Part shown: in pieces, positions 27,128 to 40,211 of the stretch
Position numbering within the stretch: position 1 is the stretch's first letter
Layout: every line of letters starts with the position of its first letter
Assembly (NCBI RefSeq): GCF_006345805.1
Contig: NC_043003.1
Coordinates: 115,816,001-115,880,000 of the forward strand
Direction of reading: 5' to 3'
DNA: 64,000 nt
Source: Octopus sinensis
Taxonomy: Eukaryota
The notes under the pieces: generated by a model
What the model was told of the DNA's origin: nothing
The model's input: the letters and a program-made list of their open reading frames with translations, nothing else
Database searches by the model: none
Made by a program: the position numbers and the translations under genes

Positions 27128-27608
27128 AATATATATATGTATATATATATATAGGTGAGAAAGTTGGTGTGTGAAAGCACGTGGTTGGTTCTTATACAGA
27201 GAAACTCATCTCATTGAAAAAAAGAAAAATATAAAGCGATTAACTCCCTTATACCGGAAGAAATCCCTGATTACCTCTCCCTGCCTGGAACTCTTCTTTG
27301 CAATATATAACGAAGACATGACACGATGTAGGTAAATAAATTTGAGAAATTTGAAAAGTTTACACGAAACCGGTTATTTCTCCAAAAACTATGTTACTAT
27401 ACACAAAATTTTATAACATTTTTCTAACATAACGACTCAAATATATTCTTTAACCTTATAAAACAAGCCTTCTGTAGTTTTTTCACTCGTTTCTATTTAT
27501 ATATATATATATATAACCCCCCACACACACACACACACACATACACACACACGCTTATATTTGTCTTCAAAGATTCCTGATGTGATGTGAAATCCTGTGC
27601 TGAGACAG

Positions 27609-27825
27609 ATATTGTAATGTTTCGTGATAGACATTTTGTCTTGCCATGTAAACACAGATGCAATATCTTCGTTCTTTAATTTTATTTATCATTGTTCTTA
27701 CTCTATGTACCTTGTCTACGCAATGGACATAAAATGAGAACCATAATAAACGAGTGAAGAACGAATATACAGTGCCTGTGTTTATTTGGCCAGAAGAAAA
27801 TGTCCGTCCCGAAACATACCAATAT
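27609..27825. repeat. Diverged fold-back (inverted repeat) adjacent to (TA)n
   Basis: ATATTGTAATGTTTCG..GACATTTT..TAAACACAG..TTCGTTCTT vs AAGAACGAA..CTGTGTTTA..AAAATGTC..CGAAACATACCAATAT. Confidence 0.7.
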
Positions 27826-28659
27826 ATATATATATATATACAAGTTAAAAAACAATGTAATTTACATGTTTTGGCACAGAACTGGAGTTAACTGTTCGAA
27901 TTTTAAATAAGATGAGTTACTATTATTAATACCACACCAGAATGCAAATTCAAAATCCGATTAACGGAAACCACAACATTAATTACACTTTCATGTCGAA
28001 ATTTTTATCGTATCAACACAAGAGGAAGAAAAAAATGCCGAAGCTGTTATAATTTCATTCCGGTCGTGTTTTCAAAATAAATGTTCTGAACAACAAACTT
28101 TAGAAATGCATGCATACACTCATAGAAGCGCACATATTCATTTGTAAAAGTGTGTAGCGGGTAGGAGAGTAAATATGTTACTATGGCGAAAGGAAAAAGA
28201 TGAAAGACGGAACAGCGCAGCATGAAGCCTGCAACAAAATAGCTACAGGAAGAAATCTGTGTTTAGAATCTTGTTTCAACATGCAGAATTTCAAATTATG
28301 CTAGTCTCGAAATCATCATGCAGTCAGACATCAAAGCAGCTTGTTCGGTTCGGAATTTCTTTTATAACTTAATGTTATTAAGAGTTCTCTACTTTTCGGA
28401 GTTTGTCAAATATTCTAAAATGAAGGCAGAAACATCTTTTCGTTAATAACAAAATATTTTGAAATATTTGTACATTTAATGGCCTGTAGTTCGTTTCAGA
28501 ATTGAGACTATAAACCGATCGTACTCCTTTCTCCTCTGGCTCTGAAGTATCTAAAGTAAACCTACATAAAACCGTATCTCGCCTCCTATACTAAAACCAA
28601 AGATGACCATAATACCATGACTCGAAGTTGATCAGCCAACTGATAATGGCTTTAAATTT

Positions 28660-29267
28660 GGAGGCGCAATGGCCCAGTGGTTAGCGCAGCGGACTCGCGG
28701 TCATAGGATCGCGGTTTCGATTCCCAGACCGGGCGTCGTGAGTGTTTATTGAGCGAAAACACCTAAAAGCTCCACGAGGCTCCGGCAGGGGGTGGTGGTG
28801 ATCCCTGCTGTACTCTTTCACCACAACTTTCTCTCACTCTTACTTCCTGTTTCTGTTGTACCTGTATCACTCTCTGTGTCACGCGGAATATCCCCGAGAA
28901 CTAAGTTAAGGGTACACGTGTCTGTGGAGTGCTCAGCCACTTACACGTTAATTTCACGTGCAGGCTATTCCGTTGATTCGGATCAACCGGAACCCTCATT
29001 GTCGTAACCGACGGAGTGCTTCTATTCATTGCAATGCCTTTAAATACTCACACATATGCTATTTATATACCAATGATGTTGTACCTGCATTTCAAAGGGC
29101 CAGCCTTGTCACACACTGTGTCACGCTGATTCCCCCTCCCCCCGAGAACTACGTTGAAGGTACACCTGTCTGTAGAGTGCTCAGCCACTTACATGTTAAT
29201 TTCACGAGCAGGCTGTTCTGCTGATCGGATCAAATGGAACCCTTGTCGTCGTAACCGACGGAGTGCA
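28660..29267 (+). mobile_element. tRNA-derived SINE family C with a duplicated 3' half
   Basis: Head GGAGGCGCAATGGCCCAGTGG...GGTTTCGATTCCC; 3' segment (28855-29019) repeated at about 29077-29267. Confidence 0.88.
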
Positions 29268-29321
29268 ACGTCCAATGACACTATAATAAGAATGGCTATC
29301 TTTATATTTCTCTCTTCCTCT

Positions 29322-29737
29322 CTTTGCTTGTTTCAGCCATTTGACTGCGGCCATGCTGGAGCACCGCCTTTAGTCGAGCAAATCTACCCCGGGACTTATT
29401 CTTTGTAAGCCCAGTACTTATTCTATCGGTCTCTTTTTGCCGAACCGCTAAGCTACGGGGACGTAAACACACCAGCATCGGTTGTCAAGCGATATTGGGG
29501 GGGGGGGGACAAAAACAGACACACAAACATATACACACCCACATATGCACATATATACATATACATATGTACGACGGGCTTCTTTCAGTTTCCGTCTACC
29601 AATTCTACTCACAAGGCCTTAGTCGGCCCGAGGCTATAGTAGAAGACACTTGCCCAAGGTGCAACGAAGTGGGACTGAACCCGGAGCGATGTGGTTCGCA
29701 AGCAAGCTACTTACCACACAGCCACTCCTACGCCTAC
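29322..29737 (-). mobile_element. SINE family A
   Basis: Reverse-complement match to 6988-7502. Confidence 0.9.
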
Positions 29738-30042
29738 GGACATGTTCATAGTTGCTAAATCCATCACTCAGACACACACATACTAAATCGCGTTCGCACT
29801 CATACATACATGCATGCATGCATTCATGCATGCACATATATGTATATGTGTACGTGTGTGTGTCTGTGTATGTATATGTGTATATAAGTTTTGTGTATAT
29901 TTGCAGAGACTACCGATATCAATTTGTATGCGCCTGTTATTGTTTACAACTTTACCGGCTTGATAGGGTTGTTACATCCCCATTCGCTAAGTATAGAACC
30001 ATAAAAACAGTTATTAGTTTGAACACCACTGCAGGTGCTTAA

Positions 30043-30246
30043 GAAACGTTAGCACGCCGGGCGAAATGCTTAGCGGTATTTCGTCTACCGTTACGCTCTG
30101 AGTTCAAATTCCGCCGAGGTCGACTTTACCTTTCATCCTTTCGGGGTCGATAAATTAAGTACCAGTTACGCACTGGAGATGATGTAATCGAATTAATCCG
30201 TTTGTCTGTCCTTGTTTGTGCCCTTTGTGGGTAGTAAAGAAATAGG
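30043..30246 (+). mobile_element. SINE family E (Deu/Nin-type central domain)
   Basis: GTCGACTTTACCTTTCATCCTTTCGGGGTCGATAAATTAAGTACCAG; matches 39793-40211 and 62410-62803. Confidence 0.85.
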
Positions 30247-30766
30247 TGCTTAATACTTTATATATATAATATTTTCACAGTTCAGTCACCAGAATATATT
30301 CCTGATGCATTTGAGGTTACGCACCCGATGGACTACAATAAAGTTCAAGTAAATACACCGCTGCAATTTTTTGTTTTAATATCAGTGTATTTATTGAATG
30401 AAAATCCAATGTTGTTGACACAAAAGGAGATTTTACTCCGGTGAATACAGACTTACACACACGTGTGCATAAACTTATCTATGAATACGAACAGTCGTAG
30501 TAAACGTACACCAAATGCTGCTCACAAATTGTTGTTCAATTAAAAGCAATAAAAAAACCATGTTGGCGAATTTGGAGTATTCGCAACTACAATTTTGCGT
30601 TTTTGTCCGATTTCTGAGTAAGTACGACCAGAGGAACCCGTGCATTTACCCCCAACAAAATTACAACTCGTGAAACGTTGCACAGCGTAAATGTGTGTAT
30701 TGCATATGAACTAAATTTCTCGGAATATGCCAATATTCTATATTTGTGAAAGATATATCTACAATA

Positions 30767-31149
30767 GGCGCAGGAGTGGCTGTGTGGTAAGTAGCTTGTT
30801 AACCAACCACATGGTTCCGGGTTCAGTCCCACTGCGTGGCATCTTGGGCAAATGTCTTCTGCTATAGTCCCGGGCCGACCAATGCCTTGTGAGTGGATTT
30901 GGTAGACGGAAACTGAAAGAAGCCTGTCGTATATATGTATATATATATATATATGTGTATGTGTGTGTGTTTGTCCCCCTAGCATTGCTTGACAACCGAT
31001 GCTGATGTGTTTACGTCCCCGTCAAAAGAGACCGATAGAATAAGTACTGGGATTACAAAGAATAAGTCCCGAGGTCGATTTGCTCGACTAAAGGCGGTGC
31101 TCCAGAAGGCCGCAGTCAAATGACTGAAACAAGTAAAAGAGTAAGAGTA
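30767..31149 (+). mobile_element. SINE family A
   Basis: Canonical head and tail. Confidence 0.92.
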
Positions 31150-31435
31150 AATAATTCGATGTATGTATATGTGTGTGTTCATGTTTGCATATATGTGTAT
31201 GTGCTACATAATTTGATACACCTCCACAGGCACACACACACACTATGTGGGTTTGTTTATGTCTTTTCATGTCTGTATTGCTATTTATAGGAATAGATAC
31301 ATAAACACACGCACCCATACTTACACACACTCGTAGACGCAAATAAAGATATATATATATTCTCGTATGTAATGTATATACATATATATTTAGATTAATA
31401 GATAGATATATAAATAGATAGATAGATATATATAT

Positions 31436-31502
<67 letters not shown>

Positions 31503-32036
31503 TACGGATGTGTACATATACCTCAATAAATTAATATGTAAAGCGTGAGTGTATGCGTGTGGATGTGTGTGTGTGAGGGAAAGAAAGAGTGAGAGAGAGA
31601 GAGAGAGAGAACTAAATTTTTCAATCCTCAGTGGTGCGATTTGAAAATCTTTCCCTTGTCTGTGATCACAGATCAAATGTGGTGACCAATAACCTCTTTT
31701 CACCTGACCAGCCAAGCTGAAATGTTCAGTTTGGCGAACCTTTAAAAATATTAATGGTTTCACTGATACAACAAGTAAATCGTTCAATTATTTAGTATCA
31801 CAAAAGTCAAAGTAAATATATATATACATATCGCCTCCGTTCACATATGCAGTACAATAGCACACACACACACATACACACACACACATATGTATATATG
31901 CATGTATGCATGTATGTATATGTATAAATATATATGCACATATACACGCACAGACAGAGGTACAAATTTGTTTCGAAATACGTATATTTAGTTATAATAT
32001 ACATATATGTATATATATATATATCTATATATATAT

Positions 32037-32076
<40 letters not shown>

Positions 32077-32243
32077 TATATATATATACGGGTGTGTATA
32101 TATATATATACCGTGCGTTTTATTGTCTAATATATATATATTTATACCATGCGTTTTATTCTCTAATATATATATATATAATATATGTATATATATATAT
32201 ATGCATATAGATATATATATATATATATATTATTATATATATA

Positions 32244-32291
<48 letters not shown>

Positions 32292-32356
32292 TGCTTCTTA
32301 TTGTCATATATATATATATATATATATTTATTTATTTATACGATGTTTTTTATTGC

Positions 32357-32466
<110 letters not shown>

Positions 32467-32862
32467 TAGAAAGAAAGATAGGGAACAGAAAGACAGACAG
32501 GCAGACAGAGAGAGATGGTTTATACGCTTGTAAGTGTCTCTGCAAGTATGAATAGTATGAGCCGGTTATAGCAGGCTATTGCCGGTCACATCTTCAGTTT
32601 AATACTCAGCAGAGCAAAACGGCCAATAATGAAGTTGAATAGGTAAATCACAGTAATATTCAGTTTTGCCATCCGCGACATTTTCTTTTTGAGTATTTAA
32701 AGTCAGAAAAGCGAAAAGAATAATAAGCTAGCAATTTTGTTTTACAAATAAAATTCACGTGAAACATTCAAGAGAAATCGTTTCCATTCAGTAATTCATA
32801 AATTCAGTTGTATTGAATAATCAAATATTAATAAATCAATCTATCTACATATCTCAGCCTTA

Positions 32863-32955
<93 letters not shown>

Positions 32956-32957
<2 letters not shown>

Positions 32958-33767
32958 ACAATCAAGGAACGGCCATAATAGGCCATTCACCCACTAGAAA
33001 TAACAGCCAAAGCTTCAACCGCAAATAAAGATCAATTCCGTAAACAGGAGAAAATTTAAAAAAACATTTACCCTGTAATTTCTTGTACGATGCACCGTTT
33101 CGTCTGCTGTTTAATGGTAAACTAACCTGATTAAATTAAATCAAGCCAATCTTCCATAGGCCCTCAGATTCTTCAGCAAGAAATAGCCAAGTCGGAACAG
33201 ATATTTTCACGAGGCATTTCCGACCCTGCCAAGGCAATATCTGACCTAAAATTTTCAAATCGTCGCACTCGCGCCAAATTTATCGGCAGCAAATAAATAT
33301 AAGCCGTCGATTCCATTACGGAATTAACCAGAAAATTCATAATTAATCATATAGGGTGGTGAAAAAAATTTTGTAGAATTCTTTTTGCCACCAGCGGCCT
33401 AGTGGGAAAAAATTAAATAGTCGTAGACCATTTTTAAGTTCAACATCAACAATCAAGGAACGGCCATAATAGGCCATTCACCCACTAGAAATAACAGCCA
33501 AAGCTTCAACCGCAAATAAAGATCAATTCCGTAAACAGGAGAAAATTTAAAAATTTAAATTTTCTCCTGTTTACGGAATTGATCTTTATTTGCGGTTGAA
33601 GCTTTGGCTGTTATTTCTAGTGGGTGAATGGCCTATTATGGCCGTTCCTTGATTGTTGATGTTGAACTTAAAAATGGTCTACGACTATTTAATTTTTTCC
33701 CACTAGGCCGCTGGTGGCAAAAAGAATTCTACAAAATTTTTTTCACCACCCTATATTGATTAATTAT
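32956..33767. mobile_element. Hammerhead-bearing element: 491-bp monomer in partial tandem plus inverted copy (Penelope pLTR or retrozyme-like)
   Basis: 32956-33062 is directly repeated at 33447-33553; 33339-33551 is inverted at 33554-33767; (TA)n on both sides. Confidence 0.85.
33078..33184 (-). ncRNA. Type I hammerhead ribozyme
   Basis: Minus strand: ATTTCTTG-CTGAAGA-ATCTG...CAGAC-GAAA-CGG-TGCA-TCG-TA-CAAGAAAT; 8-bp stem I, palindromic loop III, GUA triplet. Confidence 0.82.
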
Positions 33768-33784
33768 ATATATATATATATATG

Positions 33785-34070
33785 AGCTCGAATCCCGGAC
33801 CGGGCTGCGTGTTGTGTTCTTGAGCAAGACACTTTATTTCACGTTGCTCCAGTTCACTCAGCTGTAGAAATGAGTTGCGACGTCACAGGTGCCAAGCTGT
33901 ATCGGCCCCTTTGCCTTTCCCTTGGATAACATCGGTGACATGGAGAGGGGAGACCGGTATGCATGGGTGACTGCAGGTTTTCCATAAAACAGCCTTGCCC
34001 AGACTTGTGCCTCAAAGTTTAACTGTCTAGGTGCAAACCCATGGTCAGTGTCTGATCGAAGGGGGTCACC
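33785..34070 (+). mobile_element. SINE family D, 5'-truncated
   Basis: Matches 1185-1461. Confidence 0.88.
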
Positions 34071-34077
34071 AATATAT

Positions 34078-34124
<47 letters not shown>

Positions 34125-34157
34125 TATATATAATATATATATATATTTTTTTGGGGG

Positions 34158-34457
34158 GGAGGCGTAATGTTTCAGTGGATAGGGAAGTCAACTCGCGGCT
34201 GTAGGATCGCGGTTTCGATTATCAGACCAGGTGTTGTGAGTGTTTATTGAGCGATAACACCTAAAGCTCCACGAGGCTCTGGCAGGGGATGGTGGCGATC
34301 CCTGCTGTACTCTTTCGCCTCAACTTTCTTTCACTCTTTCTTCTGTTGGCCTGCTCGCTTAGCTAGCGGGGTGGCGTCATTTGAAGGCTAAAACAATGCG
34401 AAGCGCATTGTGACCAGCGATGTGTTGCAACATCTGATAGCCAGGTCGGTCACGGTG

Positions 34458-34460
<3 letters not shown>
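34158..34460 (+). mobile_element. SINE with a family C head and an alternative tail
   Basis: Head and body match 28660-28845; tail TTGGCCTGCTCGCTTAGC...GTCGGTCACGG differs. Confidence 0.85.
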
Positions 34461-34514
<54 letters not shown>

Positions 34515-34608
34515 AGTTCAGCAAAATTTAGATTCAGTTGAATATGGTATTTAAGTTAAAGCACCAGAATTTGTTATGGTATTATCCATATAAATCAAAT
34601 GGGGTGAT

Positions 34609-34819
34609 TATAATCAAAATAAGCAACAAGGATATCCAAGGTAGTGTAGTACAATCGTTTCATGCTACTTCAGTTTATTAAAAACTGTAAGTATTACATC
34701 AGTTTAAATGTTCTACATTTTAAAACTGATGTAATACTTACATTGTTTAATTAAATGAAGTAGCATGAAACGATTGTACTACACTACGTTGGATATCCTT
34801 CTTGCTTATTTTGATTATA
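34609..34819. repeat. Fold-back hairpin with about 100-bp arms next to (TA)n
   Basis: TATAATCAAAATAAGCAA...AAATG-TTCTA-CATTT...TTGCTTATTTTGATTATA. Confidence 0.88.
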
Positions 34820-34869
34820 TATACATAGATATACGTATGCATTTAGGCATATACACACACATGTTGATG

Positions 34870-35785
34870 TATGAGAAAGGAAGCTGAAAATTACTTGGCT
34901 TTGCGAAAGCGTACAGCAGTTTTAGTTACAGGTGAGGTAGGACATCTATTTAGGAGAAGATATGCAAAACTTTGTGATGCTATACCATATATCTTTCTTT
35001 ATTTTGTAGATTTCACGCATGATGGCATATCCTAATGTAGATTTTCGTATAACTGAAACATGGATATTTATGGAGACATTCTTTTTGCAAGGCAAAGGAC
35101 CAAATCCATGGTGAGATAAAGGAAGTTTTCAAGGATGGCTGTAGAACACTTTTTGCAGATCAGAAGCACCTCAGAGTGACGACATGAAAAGCGATTTTGG
35201 ATCGGTTTGAAGTGAGAGAAGCTGATTTTATGGCTATGAAACTCGGCTCAATCTTTATGGTCCCCAGGCCAAGCGGGAATCAACAGAGTGGTGTCACAGT
35301 GTTTCGCCGCGTCCCAAGTCCCAGAAGTTAGCTGGAAAGATTCTGACTTCAGTGTTCTAGGACAAAGATGGAACGCTCTCAGAAAACAGCATCCAATGAG
35401 TTGCTGAATCAATGCAGAATACTACGTCTTTTTTGGACGAACTACATGAAGCTTTGAGGTAGAAACGCCGTGGAAAGATGAGCTGTAGTGTCATGCAAAC
35501 ACTACACATGAAAGTATGGAAAATATGCGGCTTTGGCTTCGAATTGAAAGATCACTCACCTTATACTTCTGTGTTGTCTCACTCGAACTATTCGGAAGTG
35601 ATCGCTACTACAGAGGCTTGGCAGTAGGCCCAAACTTCCGAGTTCTTCTACATGGCTCAGTAAAAATAAAACTGAAGGGCTGCTACAATAAGGATGTCAA
35701 ACAGAGAGGAGAATATGTGCAATAAAATCATAATCAACTGTTACTCCTGAGTTTTCTTTTGCCCAAGCCATTTATTGTTCAGCAC
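34870..35785 (+). mobile_element. Degraded mariner transposon
   Basis: TIR-like GCTGAAAA..CTTGGCTT / AAGCCA..TTCAGCA; remnants VF*DKDG, INAEYY, LDELHEALR*KRRGK. Confidence 0.65.
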
Positions 35786-35833
35786 ATATATATATACATC
35801 TATATATATATATATATACATGTACATATATAC

Positions 35834-35869
<36 letters not shown>

Positions 35870-35871
<2 letters not shown>

Positions 35872-36610
35872 ATAAAACGGTAAGATAACAAAAGAAAGAA
35901 AGAGAACTCAATATTATGTAAATAGAGGAAATTTATCTATACAATAATATGTTACATTACTCGGTAGTCAAGATAAAACTCTGAGTTTCAGATGCCGAAG
36001 TAGAAATCCACAACACCATCTCTTCGGTTATCTGGCTATTTGAAAACGCTATGAAAAAATACCGTTAAATAAAGGGAAATTACCGTGTTATAACTCTGCT
36101 TGCCTGCGTACTTATACATCACTCGCATTTTTCGTCATAAAAATTATATAAAAATACATAAGAAACACATAAAAAATATATAAAAAATATAAAAATATAT
36201 AAAATCTTCTTGGGACATAATATAGAAAGCATGTTCTATCTGTTTTCTTTAGGGGACCAAAAACGTAACAGAAATTTAGTCACATGTGGGCATGATCCGA
36301 AAAGTTCTGTCCTTGTATTTAGACATGTAGTAGGGTCTACTACATGTCTAGGGTCTACTATTTTTTATATATTTTTTATGTGTTTTTTATGTATTTTTAT
36401 GTAATTTTTATGACGAAAAATGCGAGCGATGTATAAGTACGCAGGCAAGCAGAGTTATAACACAGTAATTTCCCTTTATTTAACGGTATTTTTTCATAGC
36501 GTTTTCAAATAGCCAGATAACCGAAGAGATGGTGTTGTGGATTTCCACTTCGGCATCTGAAACTCAGAGTTTTATCTTGACTACCGAGTAACGTAACATA
36601 TTATTGTATA
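35870..36610. mobile_element. Fold-back element in (TA)n with a hammerhead-like motif in each arm
   Basis: Arms about 35938-36200 and 36360-36610, nearly identical reverse complements. Confidence 0.85.
36510..36583 (+). ncRNA. Type I hammerhead-like motif (antisense copy at 35965-36038)
   Basis: TAGCCAGATAA-CCGAAGA-GATG..GTGGA-TT-TCCAC..CATCT-GAAAC-TCAGA-GTT-TTATCTTGACTA; U4C core variant. Confidence 0.65.
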
Positions 36611-36642
36611 TATACATATATATAATACATATATATATATAT

Positions 36643-36680
<38 letters not shown>

Positions 36681-36769
36681 ATATATATATATATATTATA
36701 TATATATACATATATACATATATATGCATATATATACACATATATACATATATACATATATATATATAC

Positions 36770-36824
<55 letters not shown>

Positions 36825-36836
36825 CATATATACATC

Positions 36837-36870
<34 letters not shown>

Positions 36871-36883
36871 TGTATATTTACAT

Positions 36884-36938
<55 letters not shown>

Positions 36939-37433
36939 GCACATACTTATATATAACAATACAATAGATACATATACATGTACGCACATATATGCAAAAG
37001 TACACTTAAACACAGAGGCACTGACTGATAGCTATCCTTATCAATGAAGAAATTCCTGGTGCCTCACTCTTACTTCATATCTGTCCTATCTTCTGAATAC
37101 TAGATTTGGTCTGCTACATAGCTTTAGATTTGATTTAGTTGAGAAGAACCGGATAAATTTACACATTAATACTTACATAACTTATATTTTGCCTATATCT
37201 GCTACATTCTCACAAAATATGCAGCAAAGTGTGTTTTTCATGCAATTTAATACAACTCACCGTTAGCTATATAACGGTACGCATACCAAATCATTCCATG
37301 ATGAAATTAGCCTTAGACACAGCACTGTAGAGAAAAAAAAACATGAGCCCGACAGCATGAGCCGTAAAACATTCCTGACCAGTTTTTCAAAATATTAACA
37401 GAAGGTCCTTCATCATTTTAGGATTTAAAATTA

Positions 37434-37806
37434 TCTCTCTATATATAAACGGCAAAATATCTGTGTGTGTGCGTGTGCGTGTCCTTTATATAAATCCACA
37501 ATTTATCAGTTAGAGGGCTGGCACTTTCTATGGTCATTCAAAACCGTCCAAGGGTGGTCGTGCGCATCTTTACATTTCCCCAGTCACCCCGCAAAACCAT
37601 TAAAACATCAATAGAAGTGACTTTTTGTGAATTTTCTATCCTAAACCCAACCAAAATGCTAGAAACTTGATACGCTAATTGAATGCCAGCTAGCTGTATG
37701 TGATTGGTCGGAGATTTGGACAGTACTCGCGTGTATGTGCGCACGCACGCAGCTGTATATGCATGCTTTAGCACTATGACCAGGCATTGCCGGGTCATAG
37801 TGCTAG
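37434..37806 (+). mobile_element. Non-autonomous Helitron
   Basis: A|TCTCTCTATATATA start; terminal hairpin GCACTATGACC/GGTCATAGTGC; CTAG|T end. Confidence 0.82.
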
Positions 37807-37990
37807 TTCAATCTAATTGATTTCCATAAAAACCAATCAAAAGAATTCAAAAGCATCAAAAATAGGTTTAAATACTAAATGTTGTATAAACCTCTGTACT
37901 AGAAACTACTTATAAAAAAATTATTTATCATGCGTGCGAATATAATCCATCGAAACGAATATATACAAATTTTCAGCAAAATGATACATA

Positions 37991-38350
37991 TAGCTTCCTT
38001 ACCAACCACATTGTTCTGGGTTCTGTCCCACTGCGTGGCACCTTCGGCAAGTATCTTCTACGAGAGCCTGGGGTCGACCAAAGCCTTGTGAGTGGATTTG
38101 TTAGATGGAAACTGAAAGAAGGCCGTCATATATTATATATATATGTATGCGTGTATGTGTGTGTGTCTGTGTCTGTGTTTTTCCACCCCACCATCGTTTG
38201 ATAACCGATGTTGGTGTGTTTATATCCCCGTAACTTAGCGGACCGATTAAATAAGTAATAGGCTTACCAAGAATAAGTCCTGGGGTCGATTTGCGTGACT
38301 AAATGTAGTGCTTCAACATGGCCGCAGTCAAATGACTGAAACTATTAAAA
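37991..38350 (+). mobile_element. SINE family A, 5'-truncated and diverged
   Basis: Homology to 6988-7502. Confidence 0.85.
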
Positions 38351-38788
38351 GAACCGAATACCTGGTGCTTTGAGAGAGTATCCTCCACAGCGACACACGG
38401 ATCATAGATCTGAAATATTATGGCGTTGATAAAGTTTATTACTCACTGCTGCTTATATTTCACATTTGAATGTGTTCTTACGGATGCACTGTTCATGTAG
38501 ACCCGTACATGTCCTGCACGATATGTACATATAAGCCGTGGACTTGCAAAATAACACATTTACAATCCTGTTCGGGGGCGTGATATTGAAAAACCAAACA
38601 AATGGCGAAATGTCTTTGAGTTTTCCATGTGATGCACCGTAGGACCTGTTGTTTATTTGTTTATATATATACAGAGATAGCGAGTGAAAGAGAGATATGT
38701 ATAGAGAGACATAGCGATAGACAAAGGGATAGAGAGAACAGGTGATAGCTAAGTATGTTCAGTATAGAAAAGCACGCAAACAAACACA

Positions 38789-39652
38789 TACGAAGTCTGA
38801 TCAATACGTATCAGGATTATCACCATAGTGACGAAGCTAAAGCACCCAGAGTGAAACAGCTTGGTAAGAATTGGCGCTGAGCGCAGCCGTGCATGCGCTC
38901 TGAATTTTGACGTTCTATCTTACTTCTACTGTTTACAGTCGTCCTTGGAAGGAAAGTGTGTAGCGTGTCATGGCTTCATTGACTATAACAGAGCGGATTG
39001 TCGTAGCGATCCCTGCTGAGAGACTTACGCGTAGTTGCAGAAAGCGAATGGAGAGGAGCGCATGAGCTGGAAACAAGTGTACGAATGGATCAGATGTTTC
39101 CAAGATGGCCGAGAATTGTCGATATTGACGGACGTTCTGGCGGACCGGCAACCAGAAGAACCGAGAAAAGCATCGCAGATTTGCGTGCAGCTGTGTGAGG
39201 AAATCGCCGAATAACCATCCATGAGTTATCAGAGGATGTGCAGATTAGTTACGGTTCGGTTCAGTCCATAAACATCAAAAATTTGGTTATAAGACGCGTA
39301 TCTACCAAGTTTGTGCCAAAACACATGTGTTTCAATTGCGCAAGATATCTTTGATTATGTCGAGGACGTTGAAAAATTTTTGAAAACTTTGTATCGGTCT
39401 CTGAGCAGCTTTTGGCAAAATATGATACAGATTCTCTTTCAGTTTTCTCTGTCATGGTTATTGCGACGATCACACACTACACATGTTCCTTCCAAGCACT
39501 GCTGTAAAGAGCGGAAGTGTGCCAGCTCGTTAAAATGTAGTGTGCATCGCACAACGCTGATCAAGGTCAATCTGTTCCACGCGGCTTTACTCTGAGCGCT
39601 TTAGCTTCGTAATTATGGCAACAGTCCGGATACTTATTGATCAGATCACGTA
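38789..39652 (+). mobile_element. Internally deleted mariner element
   Basis: TIRs TACGAAGTCTGATCAATACGTATCAGGA / TCCGGATACTTATTGATCAGATCACGTA with TA TSD; remnant MSWKQVYEWIRCFQDGR..RRITIHELSEDVQISYGSVQSI..RRVSTKFVPK. Confidence 0.85.
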
Positions 39653-39792
39653 CATATAGATACATTCACATTTCTACACATGTTCTAGTTGTAATAACAC
39701 GGATCCGCAGAGATGCGAACCGTAATAGACAGTCAAGTGAATAAATGCAGATACGCACACATATATGTGTGAATGTGTCCACTACATTTTCT

Positions 39793-40211
39793 ATTTCTAT
39801 ACTACCCACAAGGAGCTAAACACAGAAGGGACAGACAAGGACAGACAAATAGATTAAGTCGATTACATCAACCCCAGTGCGTAACTGGTACTTAATTTAT
39901 CGACCCCGAAAGGATGAAAGGCAAAGTCGACCTCGACGGAATTTGAACTCAGAACGTAACTAACGACAGACGAAATACCTATTTCTTTACTACCCACAAC
40001 GGCTAAACACAGAGAGGACAAACAAGGACAGACAAACGTATTAAGTCGATTATATTCGACCCCAGTGCGTAACTGGTACTTAATTTATCGACCCTGGAAG
40101 GATGAAAGGCAAAATCGACCTCGGCGGAATTTGAACTCAGAACGTAGCGGCAGCTGAAATACCGCTAAGCATTCCGCCCGGCGCGGTAACGTTTCTGCCA
40201 GTTCGCCGCCT
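39793..40211 (-). mobile_element. SINE family E with a tandemly duplicated body
   Basis: Two copies of the Deu/Nin-type domain (about 39793-39978 and 39980-40165); head GGCGGCGAACTGGCAGAAACGTT. Confidence 0.88.

Noticed and set aside
28660-28735. tRNA gene (also the other SINE heads)
   Set aside because: A and B boxes are present but the acceptor stem is incomplete and the sequence continues into multi-copy SINE bodies.
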